Shown here: positions 39,718-50,826 of the stretch, piece after piece
How positions within the stretch are numbered: position 1 is the stretch's first letter
How the letters are laid out: each line of letters opens with the position of its first letter
Source: Eledone cirrhosa
Lineage: Eukaryota
Direction of reading: 5' to 3'
Length of the DNA: 64,000 nt
NCBI GenBank assembly: GCA_964016885.1
Contig: OZ024740.1
Location: 67,394,001-67,458,000, forward strand
Notes under the pieces: model-generated
Told to the model about the DNA's origin: nothing
The model's database searches: none
The model's input: the letters and a program-made list of their open reading frames with translations, nothing else
Made by a program: the position numbers and the translations under genes

Positions 39718-39850
39718 TTTTCTTTATTAACCACAAGGGTTTAAATAAAGTAGACATTAAGGACAGTACAGGACAATACAGGACGGTACAAATGGGCATT
39801 TCTGCGTGTAAAAAAAACAGAGGATGAAATAAAATAACAAAGAAAAATAA
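39717..39850 (-). mobile_element. Tx1 3' UTR stub (C-type)
   Basis: Nearly identical to 47102-47245 (ttaaccacaagggttta...aaatgggcatttctgcgtgtaaaa). Confidence 0.85.
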
Positions 39851-39869
39851 TAATAATAAAAATAAAAAT

Positions 39870-40052
39870 AATTGTTTCTACTTTAGGCACAAGGCCAGCA
39901 ATTACCCAGTGCATTACTGGTACTTTATTTTATCGACCCCGTGAGGATGAAAGGCAAAGTCAACCTCGGCGGGATTTGAACTCAGATCATAAAGGGACGT
40001 AACTATGCTGGAAAGCATGGCGTCCGACCCTCTACCGATACTGCCAATCCAC
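39870..40052 (-). mobile_element. tRNA-derived SINE in a TAA tract
   Basis: Family match; taaaaataat on both sides. Confidence 0.9.
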
Positions 40053-40097
40053 TAAAAATAATAATAATAATAATAAAGATAATAATAATTATTATTA

Positions 40098-40690
40098 TCC
40101 GAGTGTAAACACCTAGCCAAGACCCACTATAAGAGCTGGAGACATGATGGGCAGGGTGATCCACTGGCACCTATGCAAAGTAAACAATTTACGACATTCT
40201 GAGAAGAGGTATGAGCATAAGCCAGAAAACGATCAGGTGAAGGTGCTGTGGGATTTTAGGATACAGACGGACAAGAAACTGGAACGCAATAGACCTGACC
40301 TGGTGGTTTTGGACAAGGAAAAAAGATCGTGCCTGATTGTAGATGTGGCCTGCCCATTCGACACGAAAGTGCAAGAGAAGGATAGGGAGAAAATTAACCG
40401 ATACCAGGACTTAAAGTGAGAGGTAAAAAGGATTTGGAACTGCCATGAAGTCAAAGTGCTCCCGATTATCATAGGTGCACTAGGAACTATCTCAAAAAGT
40501 TTCCAGGGATCGTTAAAGAAAATTGGCCCCGCCACGCTTTTTGGAACGCTTCAAAAGGCATGCTTGCTGGAAACAGCAACAACCCTCCGATACGTCCTGA
40601 ATATCTGAGGCTGCAGGTAGTGGCTTGATATTCATTTCAACAAACTTTCCAGTTAACTAACATCAATGACTGAGACTCAAAGAACAATTA
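40098..40690 (+). mobile_element. 5'-truncated R4/Dong-like non-LTR element, RLE domain, (TAA)n tail
   Basis: ECKHLA..YK..RHD, IHWHLCK, LWDFRIQTD....NRPDLVV.DK..C.IVDVACP..KI.RYQDLK, PIIIGALG; in-frame stop at 40419. Confidence 0.85.
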
Positions 40691-40700
40691 TAATAATAAT

Positions 40701-43700
40701 GATTTCATTTATTGGCCACAAGGGCCGATATATAGGGGACAATACAAAAGACTGGGACAGTGGGGTTTTACAGAAAAATCGAGTAAACAATATGAATAAA
40801 CAAAGTAACAATAAAGTAACAAGAAAATTACAAGAAAAAATTCCCCAATAGTGGGGGATGACCACCTAGGGTTCGCTCAGGTAACCCACCAGTCCTGAAC
40901 GACCCAACGCTTCGGAAGCACTTTGGAAAGGCAACCCTCTCCTCTTCAAACTTACCTACCTACAGCCGCATGACCAGAGTAGGCCCACTCACACGGGCCA
41001 TTCTCGCCACATTCACCCACCTTTCAGCAAATGTACTGGGGGGAAGCACTTCTCTCTCCACCCTCACCTTCTTTTCCAAGTGAAACTTGAAAAAGTTGAT
41101 GAGGGATTGGCCGAAGAGAAAAGTGTCTGTCTTCAGTCCTTTCAACTTCGTCCATCATACAACCTCTTTCGCTACTGCCACCATACAGAGGAAAATTGCC
41201 TGCCCTTCCTGGCCAAAAGAAGGCCGCGGGTCGATCTTCACTATGGACTCGGCCGATAGCCGGATCCGTTCTACACGCGACAACAGCTGTTCAACATAAC
41301 TCCACAAGTCAGTAATGCACGGACACTGGACGAGTGCGTGCAGAACGGTTTCGTCGCTCTGCGCGCATCTCGGGCAGCCCCGTCTGACAGCACTTCCGTG
41401 CCTGTAGAGTTTATCTCGAACCGGCAGTGCCCCCCAGTAGCACTGCCAAGCGAGGGATTTTTGGAAATTATCCATCGTTCCCGGCTCGAAAGTCCTCCGG
41501 TACAGACTGGTTAGTTCGACTTCGTTGACTCCCAGAGCCTCTCCGAGTGCGTCGTCGCACTTGCCCACCACTAATCCTTTATAGAACTCGAGAGTGGAAG
41601 TTCCACTGACCGCATTGCCTGCCTGGTAGAGGGCAGTGAGTGCTTGGCAACATTCCAGATGCCAGTCAACGAGTCTCGGTCTCTGTTTGACCCAGGACTG
41701 CGACTCAGTTAAAAAAACGAGCTGCGGAAAGGCCCGTCTGACAACGACGATCACACCTGTTCACCGTTTAGGCAGAATATCTGGAGATGCCGCAGCCTCA
41801 GCGCGTGCCTGCGCATCATTAGTCACGGCATGCCCAGCCCTCCACGTAGAGGGTGCTGGCAGCAGATGGACCGCCTCACCAGCGGAACCTGATCCCTCCA
41901 CAAGAATTTGAAGAGGAGCCGCTCCAAGATGGCGAGGCGGGAACGGGAGCAAGGGAAGATAGTCAGACGGTAGTAGATGACGAACGCGATGTACGCGTTC
42001 GCCACCTCCGCCCGACCTTTCAGTGATAGCTTCATCCCAGCCCATTTCTGGGTGAGACTGAACACACAACCCGTCACCTCGTCACAATTCTTATCCACCT
42101 GGAGGTCTGGCACGAACCAAACCCCTAGCAACTTTACCGCTCCGTCCGTCCAGCGCCTAGCGACGCTGTTGGACGGCATGGACTTGCTTCTCCAGGTGCC
42201 GAGTTGCAAGCCTACTGACTTTTCCGGGTTAAGTTTTGCTCCCGCCAACCTTTCATATTCCTCCAATAATTTGCCGACCACCTCGATTTCTGAGGTGTCC
42301 GACACCATCACTGATGTCGTCCGCATAAACCGACACAGCTTTTCCGCGTCCCGGTTCGAGCGGGATGCCCTGCAACAGCTCCAGCTTCCGCAGTAAAGGC
42401 TCGAGAGTCAATACGTACAGAAGGGAGGAGAGAGGGCACCCTTGACGGACCGATCGGGAGACCTGAAACGGTTCCGGGAGGTGGCCATTAATTTTGACCA
42501 TCGATCAGGTGCCGTTGTGCATTGCAGCGATCCAGATTCTGAAGACGGGGCCGAAGCCAGCCGCCTTGAGGACAGCCTCCAGGTACCGATGGTCGACCCT
42601 ATCGAATGCTTTCGATTGATCTACATTGATCAGAGCCCCACCGAAGCCAGGTTTACACCCTACCCTATCTATGATGTATCGCATTAGGTGGAGGTTGTCG
42701 TGTATGGCCTGGTTGGGATTGCGCATGTTTGCGCCTCCCCAACCAAATGCTCGACGACAAGCGCAAACCTCTTCGCTAAAACCCTGGCCAAAACCTTAGA
42801 CTCTGAGTTGAGGAGATTTGTGGGCCTGAAATTGTCTAATGTGTCTCTCTTGTTCTCGTCTTTCCTTATCAGCGTCACTACGCAGGCTCACAGAACTGGG
42901 AATACTCCCGTTTTGCTCCAAGTTGCAGTAGAGGGCTTCGAGGAGATTGGAGAACAAGTCTGGCATATTTACGTAAAGCTCGAGGGCAGACCATCCAAAC
43001 CGGGTGACTTGCGCCTCATGCAGCCTACAAGGGCATCCTGAATCTCGGTTGAAGTAATTGGCCTTTCGCAGCGCACAGCGTCAGCCGTCGAGATTTGCGG
43101 CAATCCATCGAGGTAGGGACTGAAGTCCGCCACAATCTCTGACCCGCCACTTCCCCCGAACAACCGAGCCAAATGTTGGCGAAAGGCCTCACACATCCTC
43201 TTGGAATCGCTCAGCTCGTGCCCGTCTCGGTCCGTCAAAGACCGAATCGTGGTTTTATTACCACACTGCGCCTCTGCCACGAGGGCCGATCGAACAGCTT
43301 GGGTTCACTCGTTTCTCAGATCACGCTCCTTAGCTCTGAGAATGCAACCTTCGTGTTTCGCATTGAAGAAATGGTCTAATGCCATTCTCGCCGCTAGCAC
43401 ATCAGTTGCAATGTCACTACCAATAGCCTCGTCTAACTTATCTAACAACTCCCCCTCCTTTCTATATTTCACTAATGCTACTTCTTTCCTAAACTCTATC
43501 GACATTACTCTAATCTCTCTTTTGAGAGCCCCCCACCATCTATTGTTGACGACTCGCCCTGTCAACTTTTTTTTAACTAAATTGTTGACCTGGTCCCTGT
43601 AAGACTTACGTGCCGGAAATGACATGTTTAGCTTCCAGTAACCAGATCCTAACCTACGCGTCTTATCTAGGTCAACCATACAGATCACAAACTTGTGATC

Positions 43701-46257
43701 TGAAGAGGCGACCGTTTCAAACGTGGAGAGCTTACACTATTTCTGTCTATTTTCCTAATGAATATCCTGTCTATATACGATCTAGATGACACTATGCGGT
43801 TAGCCCAGGTCCAGACTGGCGCATTAGGCAATTCCAGTCGGAACCTGTCAGACAGTTGGAACTGGCCGATCAGGTTATTGAGGCTTTTGCACCCCCCACT
43901 CCTATCGGATACGCCCACACAGTCCCAGCGTGCGTCTAAGATGCCGTTCAAGTCCCCGCTAACAGTAAAGGGCGAGACGTACACAGAAAGGCTTCCAGGC
44001 GTCTAAAGAAGTCCAACCGTCCTGCCCCAGTAGGAGCATAGACGGCCACCAGTCTAAAGGCACCACCTTCATTATTGTTCACGTCCAGGACCACCAACTT
44101 CCCGTCCGGGTCCCGGAAGATCAACCTTACCTCGAGATCAAGGCCTTTCCTAAACAGCACTGCCACCCCGCCTCCCATTCCCGGCCGGCTAACAGATGCA
44201 AAGATCTGATAGTCGTCGAAAATGGGGGCTAGTGCGCGCGTGTCGGAAATCCTGGTCTCGCTGACTGCAATTACATCCATTTCTATAGACCTGAGGTCGT
44301 TGAGCAGGTGACCCTGCTTCCAGGATTATCCCAGGCCTCGAACATTTAAACATCTCACTTTTAATACGGCCATGTTGGCAGGTTAAACAGAGAGAGAGGA
44401 AGGTTTACTTACCTTCCGGGCTCTTGTGAAGGTCGGGTTGTTCGACCTCCATAGTTAGTGGGGTTTCTTTTGAGAACCCCTTTAAAAGTCTTGAAGTGGG
44501 TTTTACGTTCGGGGTTCCCACGTCCCGAGAAAAGCTGTCTCGTATTTCTTTGAATATGTCGAGCGACATTCCCACCAGTACCACATCTTCCGGCACGCGA
44601 AATGTGCTCGATTTAAAAATTACCCCTCTTTTTGTATATTTTCACTTCGTGCTACTAGGGCCATCAATTCCTTGTTGGCCCTTCTGAAGAGCACGAAGTT
44701 TTGTATGTATTGTTGGTGTGATTTAATTTGTTTGCGTGGCTGTGGTGGTGATGGTTTTGGTGGTGTTGTATTGGTTGTACCTGTGTTTGTTGTGAGTGCG
44801 GAGTCTGTGGTTTCAGATGTTTGTGTGTATATTTGTTCTTGCGTCTGTTTCGGTTGTTTGCGTTTTGGGGATTCTGGTGATGGTGATTGTGGTGTTGATG
44901 TTGGTGTTATTGGAGAGATGTTTGCGTGGGTGGTGTCAGCGCTTTTTATTGTGGGTGCTTTTGTGCTTTGTTGAGTTTTGTTGTTCTTTTTGTGTTTCCT
45001 TTTTTGTATTTTGGGGGATTTGGGATTTCCCTCATTGTCACTACTGGTAGATGAGGGGTCTGTGTCTGTAAGTGTGTCTGTATGTATGTTTATGGTTTTA
45101 TTGGTGTGTGTATTTTTTTTTTGGGGGGGGGGGGGGATTTGACAGCTTTCCTCGTTTTCCCCTGGGTGGTCAATGTTGGTGGTGGTCTTTCTATTGATGT
45201 TGTTGTTGGTGGTTTTGCCGGTGCAGGTGTTGGTTGTGATCCTCGCCCCGGCGTCGGCAGCAGTGGAGCCTTTCGACCCCTTGCCTCTTTCAGCAGTTGA
45301 GGGCAGAAGGCTAGCAAATTGGTTTTTTCCCCACAAACAAAACACTGCGTCCTTTTGCCTTCGGTCATAATGTGAATGACAGTCCCATTCTGAAGGCGGA
45401 TGTGGTCCGGGATTGTCTTCACATTCTCGGGCCTGATCTGGAGAAGGATCTCTAGGTCACCCCGGACCAGTCCTCTCTGGCCGTTCTGGTCACTTCTATA
45501 GGGACTGTATCCGTCCCCTCCACAATCACACATCCCAGAAGCCACCACATGTCAAGTCCTGGTGGGATTCTGGGAATGCGGAGACGGGACGTTCTTTTTC
45601 CCATGTGGGAGGGGTACATTATGACCTTGCTGGTTTTGCAAGGAGTCATAGCGTGTTTCATAGCGAGGGCTTCTGACTTGAACAACACCGAAATGGTGCC
45701 GTACTGTCTGCCCCTCTCTATGTACTGGGTGTCTTCTCTGATGCACCTCAGCGCGACTTAGACATCTTCTTGTGGGATTAACGCTGCGCTATTTGTTTTC
45801 ATGTTAGTGGTGTTGATATTGTTGTTGTTTTTGTTATTTTTTTTTTGTTATCTGTATTTTCGTTGTCGCTATTACTGTTATTTTTTTTCAAAATTAGAGT
45901 TCTCATTGGTATCATTGGTGTCTTTGTTTACCTTGTTTGTGGTGGTGTTTGTGTTATCAATGTGTGTTAATTTCGCTGTAGCGCTCCTCTCAACTTCTAC
46001 GTCGTTGTCGCACGACAGCCGACATATCGCTGGGGGGCGTGGTTCAGCCATGTTTCTTTTTCTTCGTAAATTTTTTAACATGTAAAAAAAAGTTCAAATA
46101 TTTGGGCCAAAAGGCACAAATATTATACTTTCCCCTTCACGGAGCAAGGTCTAAGGGCTTATATCCCTTACACAACAAGAAATATTTGACAACAAATAAT
46201 TTAAACAGGCAAATAAAGCGACTTACTGTGAGCGAGCAAAATACGTCCGCTTAGACC
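40701..46257 (-). mobile_element. Tx1-clade LINE copy B, near full length, frameshifted (ORF1 46051-44405, ORF2 44373-40960)
   Basis: EN (VIAVSET, GDLNG, SYIDRIF), RT (QGCPLS, YADD) and zf-RVT fragments; ORF1 knuckle remnant CFVCG; (TAA)n at both ends. Confidence 0.92.
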
Positions 46258-46272
46258 AATAATAATAATAAT

Positions 46273-46451
46273 AATTTTTTCTACTTTTGGCACAAGCAAA
46301 TTACCCAGTACATTACTGCTACTTCATTTTATCGACCCCGTAAGGATGAAAGGCAAAGTTAACCTCGGCGCGATTTGAACTCAGAATGGCAAGGGGCGTA
46401 ACTCTAAGCGTCATAGCATGGCGTCCGACACTCTATCGATACTGCCAATCC
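46273..46451 (-). mobile_element. tRNA-derived SINE between TAA tracts
   Basis: Family match. Confidence 0.88.
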
Positions 46452-46467
46452 ATAATAATAATAATAA

Positions 46468-47049
46468 TATATACATTGGATAATGTGTAAGCATTTTCAC
46501 CTGCCCCATCAAAAGAATTGGTAGGAGCATCAACCACCTCCCATACTTGAAAAAGATCACATCTCAATCTTGTGGAACTTTAGCATCCAAACAGACCGAA
46601 AAATAGATGCAAATAGACCTGATATAATACTGAAGGACTTTAAGAAGAGGGTATGCCTGCTAATTGATATGTCCGTTCCAATAGACAAGAATGTATCTAT
46701 AAAAACTTTTGAAAAATTGAGCAAGTATAAGGACCTGGAGATAGAAATTGCAAAAATCTGGAAATTGAGAACTAAAACAATACCAGTGGTTGTAGGAGCT
46801 CTAGGAATGATACCTAAGGGGTCTAATGACTACTTATCGCAAATCCCAGGAAACCCGCGTATAGGAGAAATACAAAAGATAGTCTTAATGGGAACTGCCC
46901 ATATACTAAGGAAGATTCTGTACATCACAAGTCTAAACACGAAAGATGCATGTGTGTGTATGTATGTTCTTTCTTGAACATGGCGGACTTTGCTGTCTCT
47001 TGAGGTCACTGGTTGTGACTCGTATGAACATAAAGCAAGATAAATGCAA

Positions 47050-47052
<3 letters not shown>
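46468..47052 (+). mobile_element. 5'-truncated R4/Dong-like element, RLE domain, (TAA)n tail
   Basis: YIHWIMCK, LWNFSIQTDRKIDANRPDIILKD...CLLIDMSVP..EKLSKYKDLEIE...PVVVGALG...LMGTAHILRK. Confidence 0.88.
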
Positions 47053-47103
<51 letters not shown>

Positions 47104-47371
47104 TTTATTTATTAACCACAAGGGTTTACATAAAGTAGACATTAAGGACAGTGCAGGACAATGAAGGACGGTACAAATGGGCATTTCTGCGTGTAAAAAA
47201 AAAAAAAAAAAAAAAAACAGAGGATGTAACAAAAATAACAATGAAAATAACAATGAAAAATTCCCCAATAGGGGGGAGACTTCGGAGGGACATTTGTGGA
47301 GAAAGCCCAGTAAAAAGCCACAATGACTGACCACCAAGGCAAGTGCCCTCTCCCAGTTTTCCACCTTTAGT

Positions 47372-50300
47372 TTACAGATATATACTCAGAGTCGGCCCAT
47401 TCACTCGGGCCATTCTTGCTTCTCTCACCCATCTTTCAACAAAATGCTGGGAAGAGAGCACTTCCCTATCTACTCTGATTTTCCTTTTCAAATGAAATTT
47501 GAAAAAGTCAATCAGAGCATCACCGAAGGGGTAAGTGCTCGTCTTCAGCCCTTTCAAACGTGTCCACCATACTATCTCTTTCGCCATGGCCACCAGGCAG
47601 ATAAAAACTGCCTGCTCTTCCCGGCTAAAGGAGGAGGGCGGGGCAATCCTCACGATGGACTCAGATGATAGCCGGATCCGTCCTAAACGCGACAGCAGGT
47701 GTTCGACATAAACCCACAAGTCAGCAATTTTCGGACACTGGACGAGTGCGTGCAAGACGGTTTCGTCGCCCTGCGCGCATCTCGGACATGCCCGGCTGAC
47801 GGCACCTCCATGCCTGTAGAGTTTATCCCGAACTGGCAAGGCTCCTCGGTAGCACTGCCAGGCCAGAGATTTCTGGAAGTTGTCCATAGGCCCTGGCCCG
47901 AAAGTTCTTCCGAAGAGATTGGCTAGTTGATTTTCGTCGACGCCTAGAGTTTCCCCAAGTACGTCGTCGCTCTTCCCCTCCACTAATCCTCTATAGAACG
48001 CCGAGGTGGAGTTTCCACCGATCACATTGCCCGATTGGTCGAGGGCTGTGAGCGCCTGAAGACATTCCAGTCTCCAGGCGCTCCCTCTCGGTCTTCGCTT
48101 GACCCAGGACTGCAGCTCCGTCAAGGAAACGAGCAGGGGAAAAACGCGTCTAGCAAACGGCGACCACACCTGATCACCGTCGAGGAAGAGGTGGAGATGT
48201 CGTAGCCTGAGCGCGTGCCTGCGCATCATCAGCCACGGCATGCCCAGCCCTCCACGTAGCGGGTGTTGACAACAGATGGACCGCCTGACCATCGGAGCAC
48301 GTCCCTTCCACAAAAAGCGAAAGAGCAAACGCTCCAGCGCAGTCAGGCGAGGCTTAGGACAAGGTACGACGGTTAGGCGGTAGCAGATGACAGACGCGAT
48401 GTACGCGTTAGCCACCTCCGCTCGACCTTTCAGGGATAGCTTCCTCTCCGCCCATTTCTGGGTGAGAGAAGCCACCCTGCTCGTCACCTCGTCCCAGTTT
48501 TTGTCCGTCTGGAGGTCCGGACCGAACCAGACCCCTAGCAATTTAACCGGTCCGTCCGTCCAGCGCCCGACGACGCTGTTGGACGGCATGGACCTGTCTC
48601 TCCAGGTGCCGAGCTGCAGGCCCACTGACTTTTCCTGGTTGATCATTGCTCCTGTCACCGCTTCGTATTCTCTTAGTGTAGTGCCGATCGCCTCGATGTG
48701 TTTGGCGTTCGACACCACTACGGTGACATCGTCCGCATATGCTGACACGGATCTTCCGCATCCTAGTTCGCGCGGGACTCCCCTCAACGTCTCCAGTTTG
48801 TGCAGTAATGGCTCGAGCGTCAATACGTACAAGAGGGACGAGAGGGGACATCCTTGGCGGACCGAGCGCATGATGTTGAACGGTTCCGACAGGTGACCGT
48901 TCACTCTCACCACAGAGCAGATGTCGCTGTGCATGGCAGCGATCCAGCCTCTGAAGACGGGCCCAAAGCCAGCCGCCCTCAGGACTGCCGCTAGGTAACG
49001 ATGGTCGACCCTATCGAAAGCTTTCGACTGATCTAAATTGATCAAGGACCCACCCGTGCCAGGTTCCCTAGCTACCCTCTCTACGATGTATCGCATGAGG
49101 TGGAGGTTGTCGTGGATGGATCTGTCGGGAATGGCGCATGTCTGCGCCTCTCCCACCAGACCACCAACGACAAGCGCCAACCTCTTTGCTAGCACCTTGG
49201 CCAAAATCTTAAACTCTGTGTTTAGCAGAGTTATGGGCCGGAAATTGTCTATGTTATCCCCCTTGTTCGGATCCTTTCTCAGCAGTGCCACCGCTCCTCG
49301 GCTCACAGAACTGGGAATTCTCCCGTTCTGTTGCCAGTTGCAGTAGACGTCCGCCAAGAGGCCTCCGAACAAGTCTGGCATCTGTACGTAAAGTTCATAG
49401 GGCAGACCATCCAAACCAGGCGATTTACCCATTGTGCAGCCAGTCATTGCCTCCCGTACTTCAGCGGCTGTTATCGGCTTTTCGCAACACCTCTCCTCAG
49501 TGGCCGAGAGCCGCGGCAGTCCGTCGAGGTAGACACTAAAGTCCATCCCTCTACCCGGCCCCCCGCTGCCCCCGAACAGCTGAGCGAAGTGTCGCTGAAA
49601 AGCTTCACACATTTGCCCGGGATCGAGTAGCATGCGCCCGTCGTGGTCCACCAAAGACCGGATCGTGGCTTTGTTGCCACGACGCGCCTCCGCCACTCGG
49701 GCCCATTGAACGGCTTTCGTCCCCTCGTGTCTGAGAGCACGCACCCTAGCTCTGACAACGCAGCCTTCGTGCTTTGCATTGAAGAATTGGTCAAGAGCCA
49801 ATTTCGCCGCAAGCACGTCGGTCGCAATGCCTTTGCTAAGCGCCTCGTCTAATTTTCTAACTAGTTCTCCCTCTGCTCTATTTTTCTCTATTGCTAAAGC
49901 CTTACTAAACCTAATCGATTCTATTCTAATCGCTCTTTTCAGAGCAAACCACCACTTGTTGTTGACGATGGCCCCCGTCAACGCCCGCTTAACTAGTTCG
50001 CTAATCCGGTCTCTGTAGGCCTTGCGCGCTGGTAAGGACGCGTTTAGCTTCCAGTAGCCGGGTCCTCGTCTATGAAGCCTATCTAAGTCAAGCACACAGG
50101 TCACGAATTTGTGGTCCGTGTAGCTGACTATCTTGAATTGTGGACAGCCTATGCTAGACCTATCTATTTCCCTACAAAATACTCTATCTAGATATGATCT
50201 GGATGACCCTATGCGGTTTGTCCAAGTCCACATTGGCACATTCGGGAAATCCAATCGGTACCTGTCAGACAGTTCAAAACGCCTGAGCAGGTTGGTGAGG

Positions 50301-50791
50301 CTCTTGCACCCTCCACCCCTATCCGCTAATCCCACACAGTCCCAGCGTGCATCTAAGATCCCGTTCCAGTCGCCCACTAACACTAAAGAGCGGGACGTTC
50401 CAAGAAAGGTCTCCAGAAGCCGGAAGAAATCAGGCCGCCCTGCTCCTGTCGGGGCATAGACGGCCACTAGCCTGAAAGCTTGCCCGTCTCCGCTGGTCAC
50501 GTCCAGCACTACCAGCTTACCCTCTGGGTCCAGGAAGATGGCCCGTATGGCGAGATCCAAACCTCTCCGAAAAAGCACAGCAACTCCTCCACCCGATCCA
50601 GGACGGCTGGGAGATGCGTACACATCGTAGCCGCCGAAGATCGGTGCGAAGGCCCGTGCTTCGAAGATTCTGGTCTCGCTGATGGCCACTACATCTATGT
50701 TTAGTGACCTGAGGTCGTTGAGCAGGTGACCCTGCTTCCATGACGACCCCAAGCCACGCGCATTTATGCTGCCTATTCTGAGTGAGGTCAT
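47372..50791 (-). CDS. Tx1 ORF2: APE-like endonuclease, reverse transcriptase and zf-RVT (1139 aa)
   Basis: GSINARGL, AISET, GDWNG, SYLDRVF, TDH; KSPGLDGLPYE, FRPITLLN.EFKIL, LDQSKAFDRVDH, VRQGCPLS, YADD; CPRC...ETVLHALVQC. Confidence 0.95.
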   Translation of the reverse strand: MTSLRIGSINARGLGSSWKQGHLLNDLRSLNIDVVAISETRIFEARAFAPIFGGYDVYASPSRPGSGGGVAVLFRRGLDLAIRAIFLDPEGKLVVLDVTSGDGQAFRLVAVYAPTGAGRPDFFRLLETFLGTSRSLVLVGDWNGILDARWDCVGLADRGGGCKSLTNLLRRFELSDRYRLDFPNVPMWTWTNRIGSSRSYLDRVFCREIDRSSIGCPQFKIVSYTDHKFVTCVLDLDRLHRRGPGYWKLNASLPARKAYRDRISELVKRALTGAIVNNKWWFALKRAIRIESIRFSKALAIEKNRAEGELVRKLDEALSKGIATDVLAAKLALDQFFNAKHEGCVVRARVRALRHEGTKAVQWARVAEARRGNKATIRSLVDHDGRMLLDPGQMCEAFQRHFAQLFGGSGGPGRGMDFSVYLDGLPRLSATEERCCEKPITAAEVREAMTGCTMGKSPGLDGLPYELYVQMPDLFGGLLADVYCNWQQNGRIPSSVSRGAVALLRKDPNKGDNIDNFRPITLLNTEFKILAKVLAKRLALVVGGLVGEAQTCAIPDRSIHDNLHLMRYIVERVAREPGTGGSLINLDQSKAFDRVDHRYLAAVLRAAGFGPVFRGWIAAMHSDICSVVRVNGHLSEPFNIMRSVRQGCPLSSLLYVLTLEPLLHKLETLRGVPRELGCGRSVSAYADDVTVVVSNAKHIEAIGTTLREYEAVTGAMINQEKSVGLQLGTWRDRSMPSNSVVGRWTDGPVKLLGVWFGPDLQTDKNWDEVTSRVASLTQKWAERKLSLKGRAEVANAYIASVICYRLTVVPCPKPRLTALERLLFRFLWKGRAPMVRRSICCQHPLRGGLGMPWLMMRRHALRLRHLHLFLDGDQVWSPFARRVFPLLVSLTELQSWVKRRPRGSAWRLECLQALTALDQSGNVIGGNSTSAFYRGLVEGKSDDVLGETLGVDENQLANLFGRTFGPGPMDNFQKSLAWQCYRGALPVRDKLYRHGGAVSRACPRCAQGDETVLHALVQCPKIADLWVYVEHLLSRLGRIRLSSESIVRIAPPSSFSREEQAVFICLVAMAKEIVWWTRLKGLKTSTYPFGDALIDFFKFHLKRKIRVDREVLSSQHFVERWVREARMARVNGPTLSIYL

Positions 50792-50826
50792 GTTTAAAAT
50801 AGAGTGGAAAAGATGGGAAAGACCAC

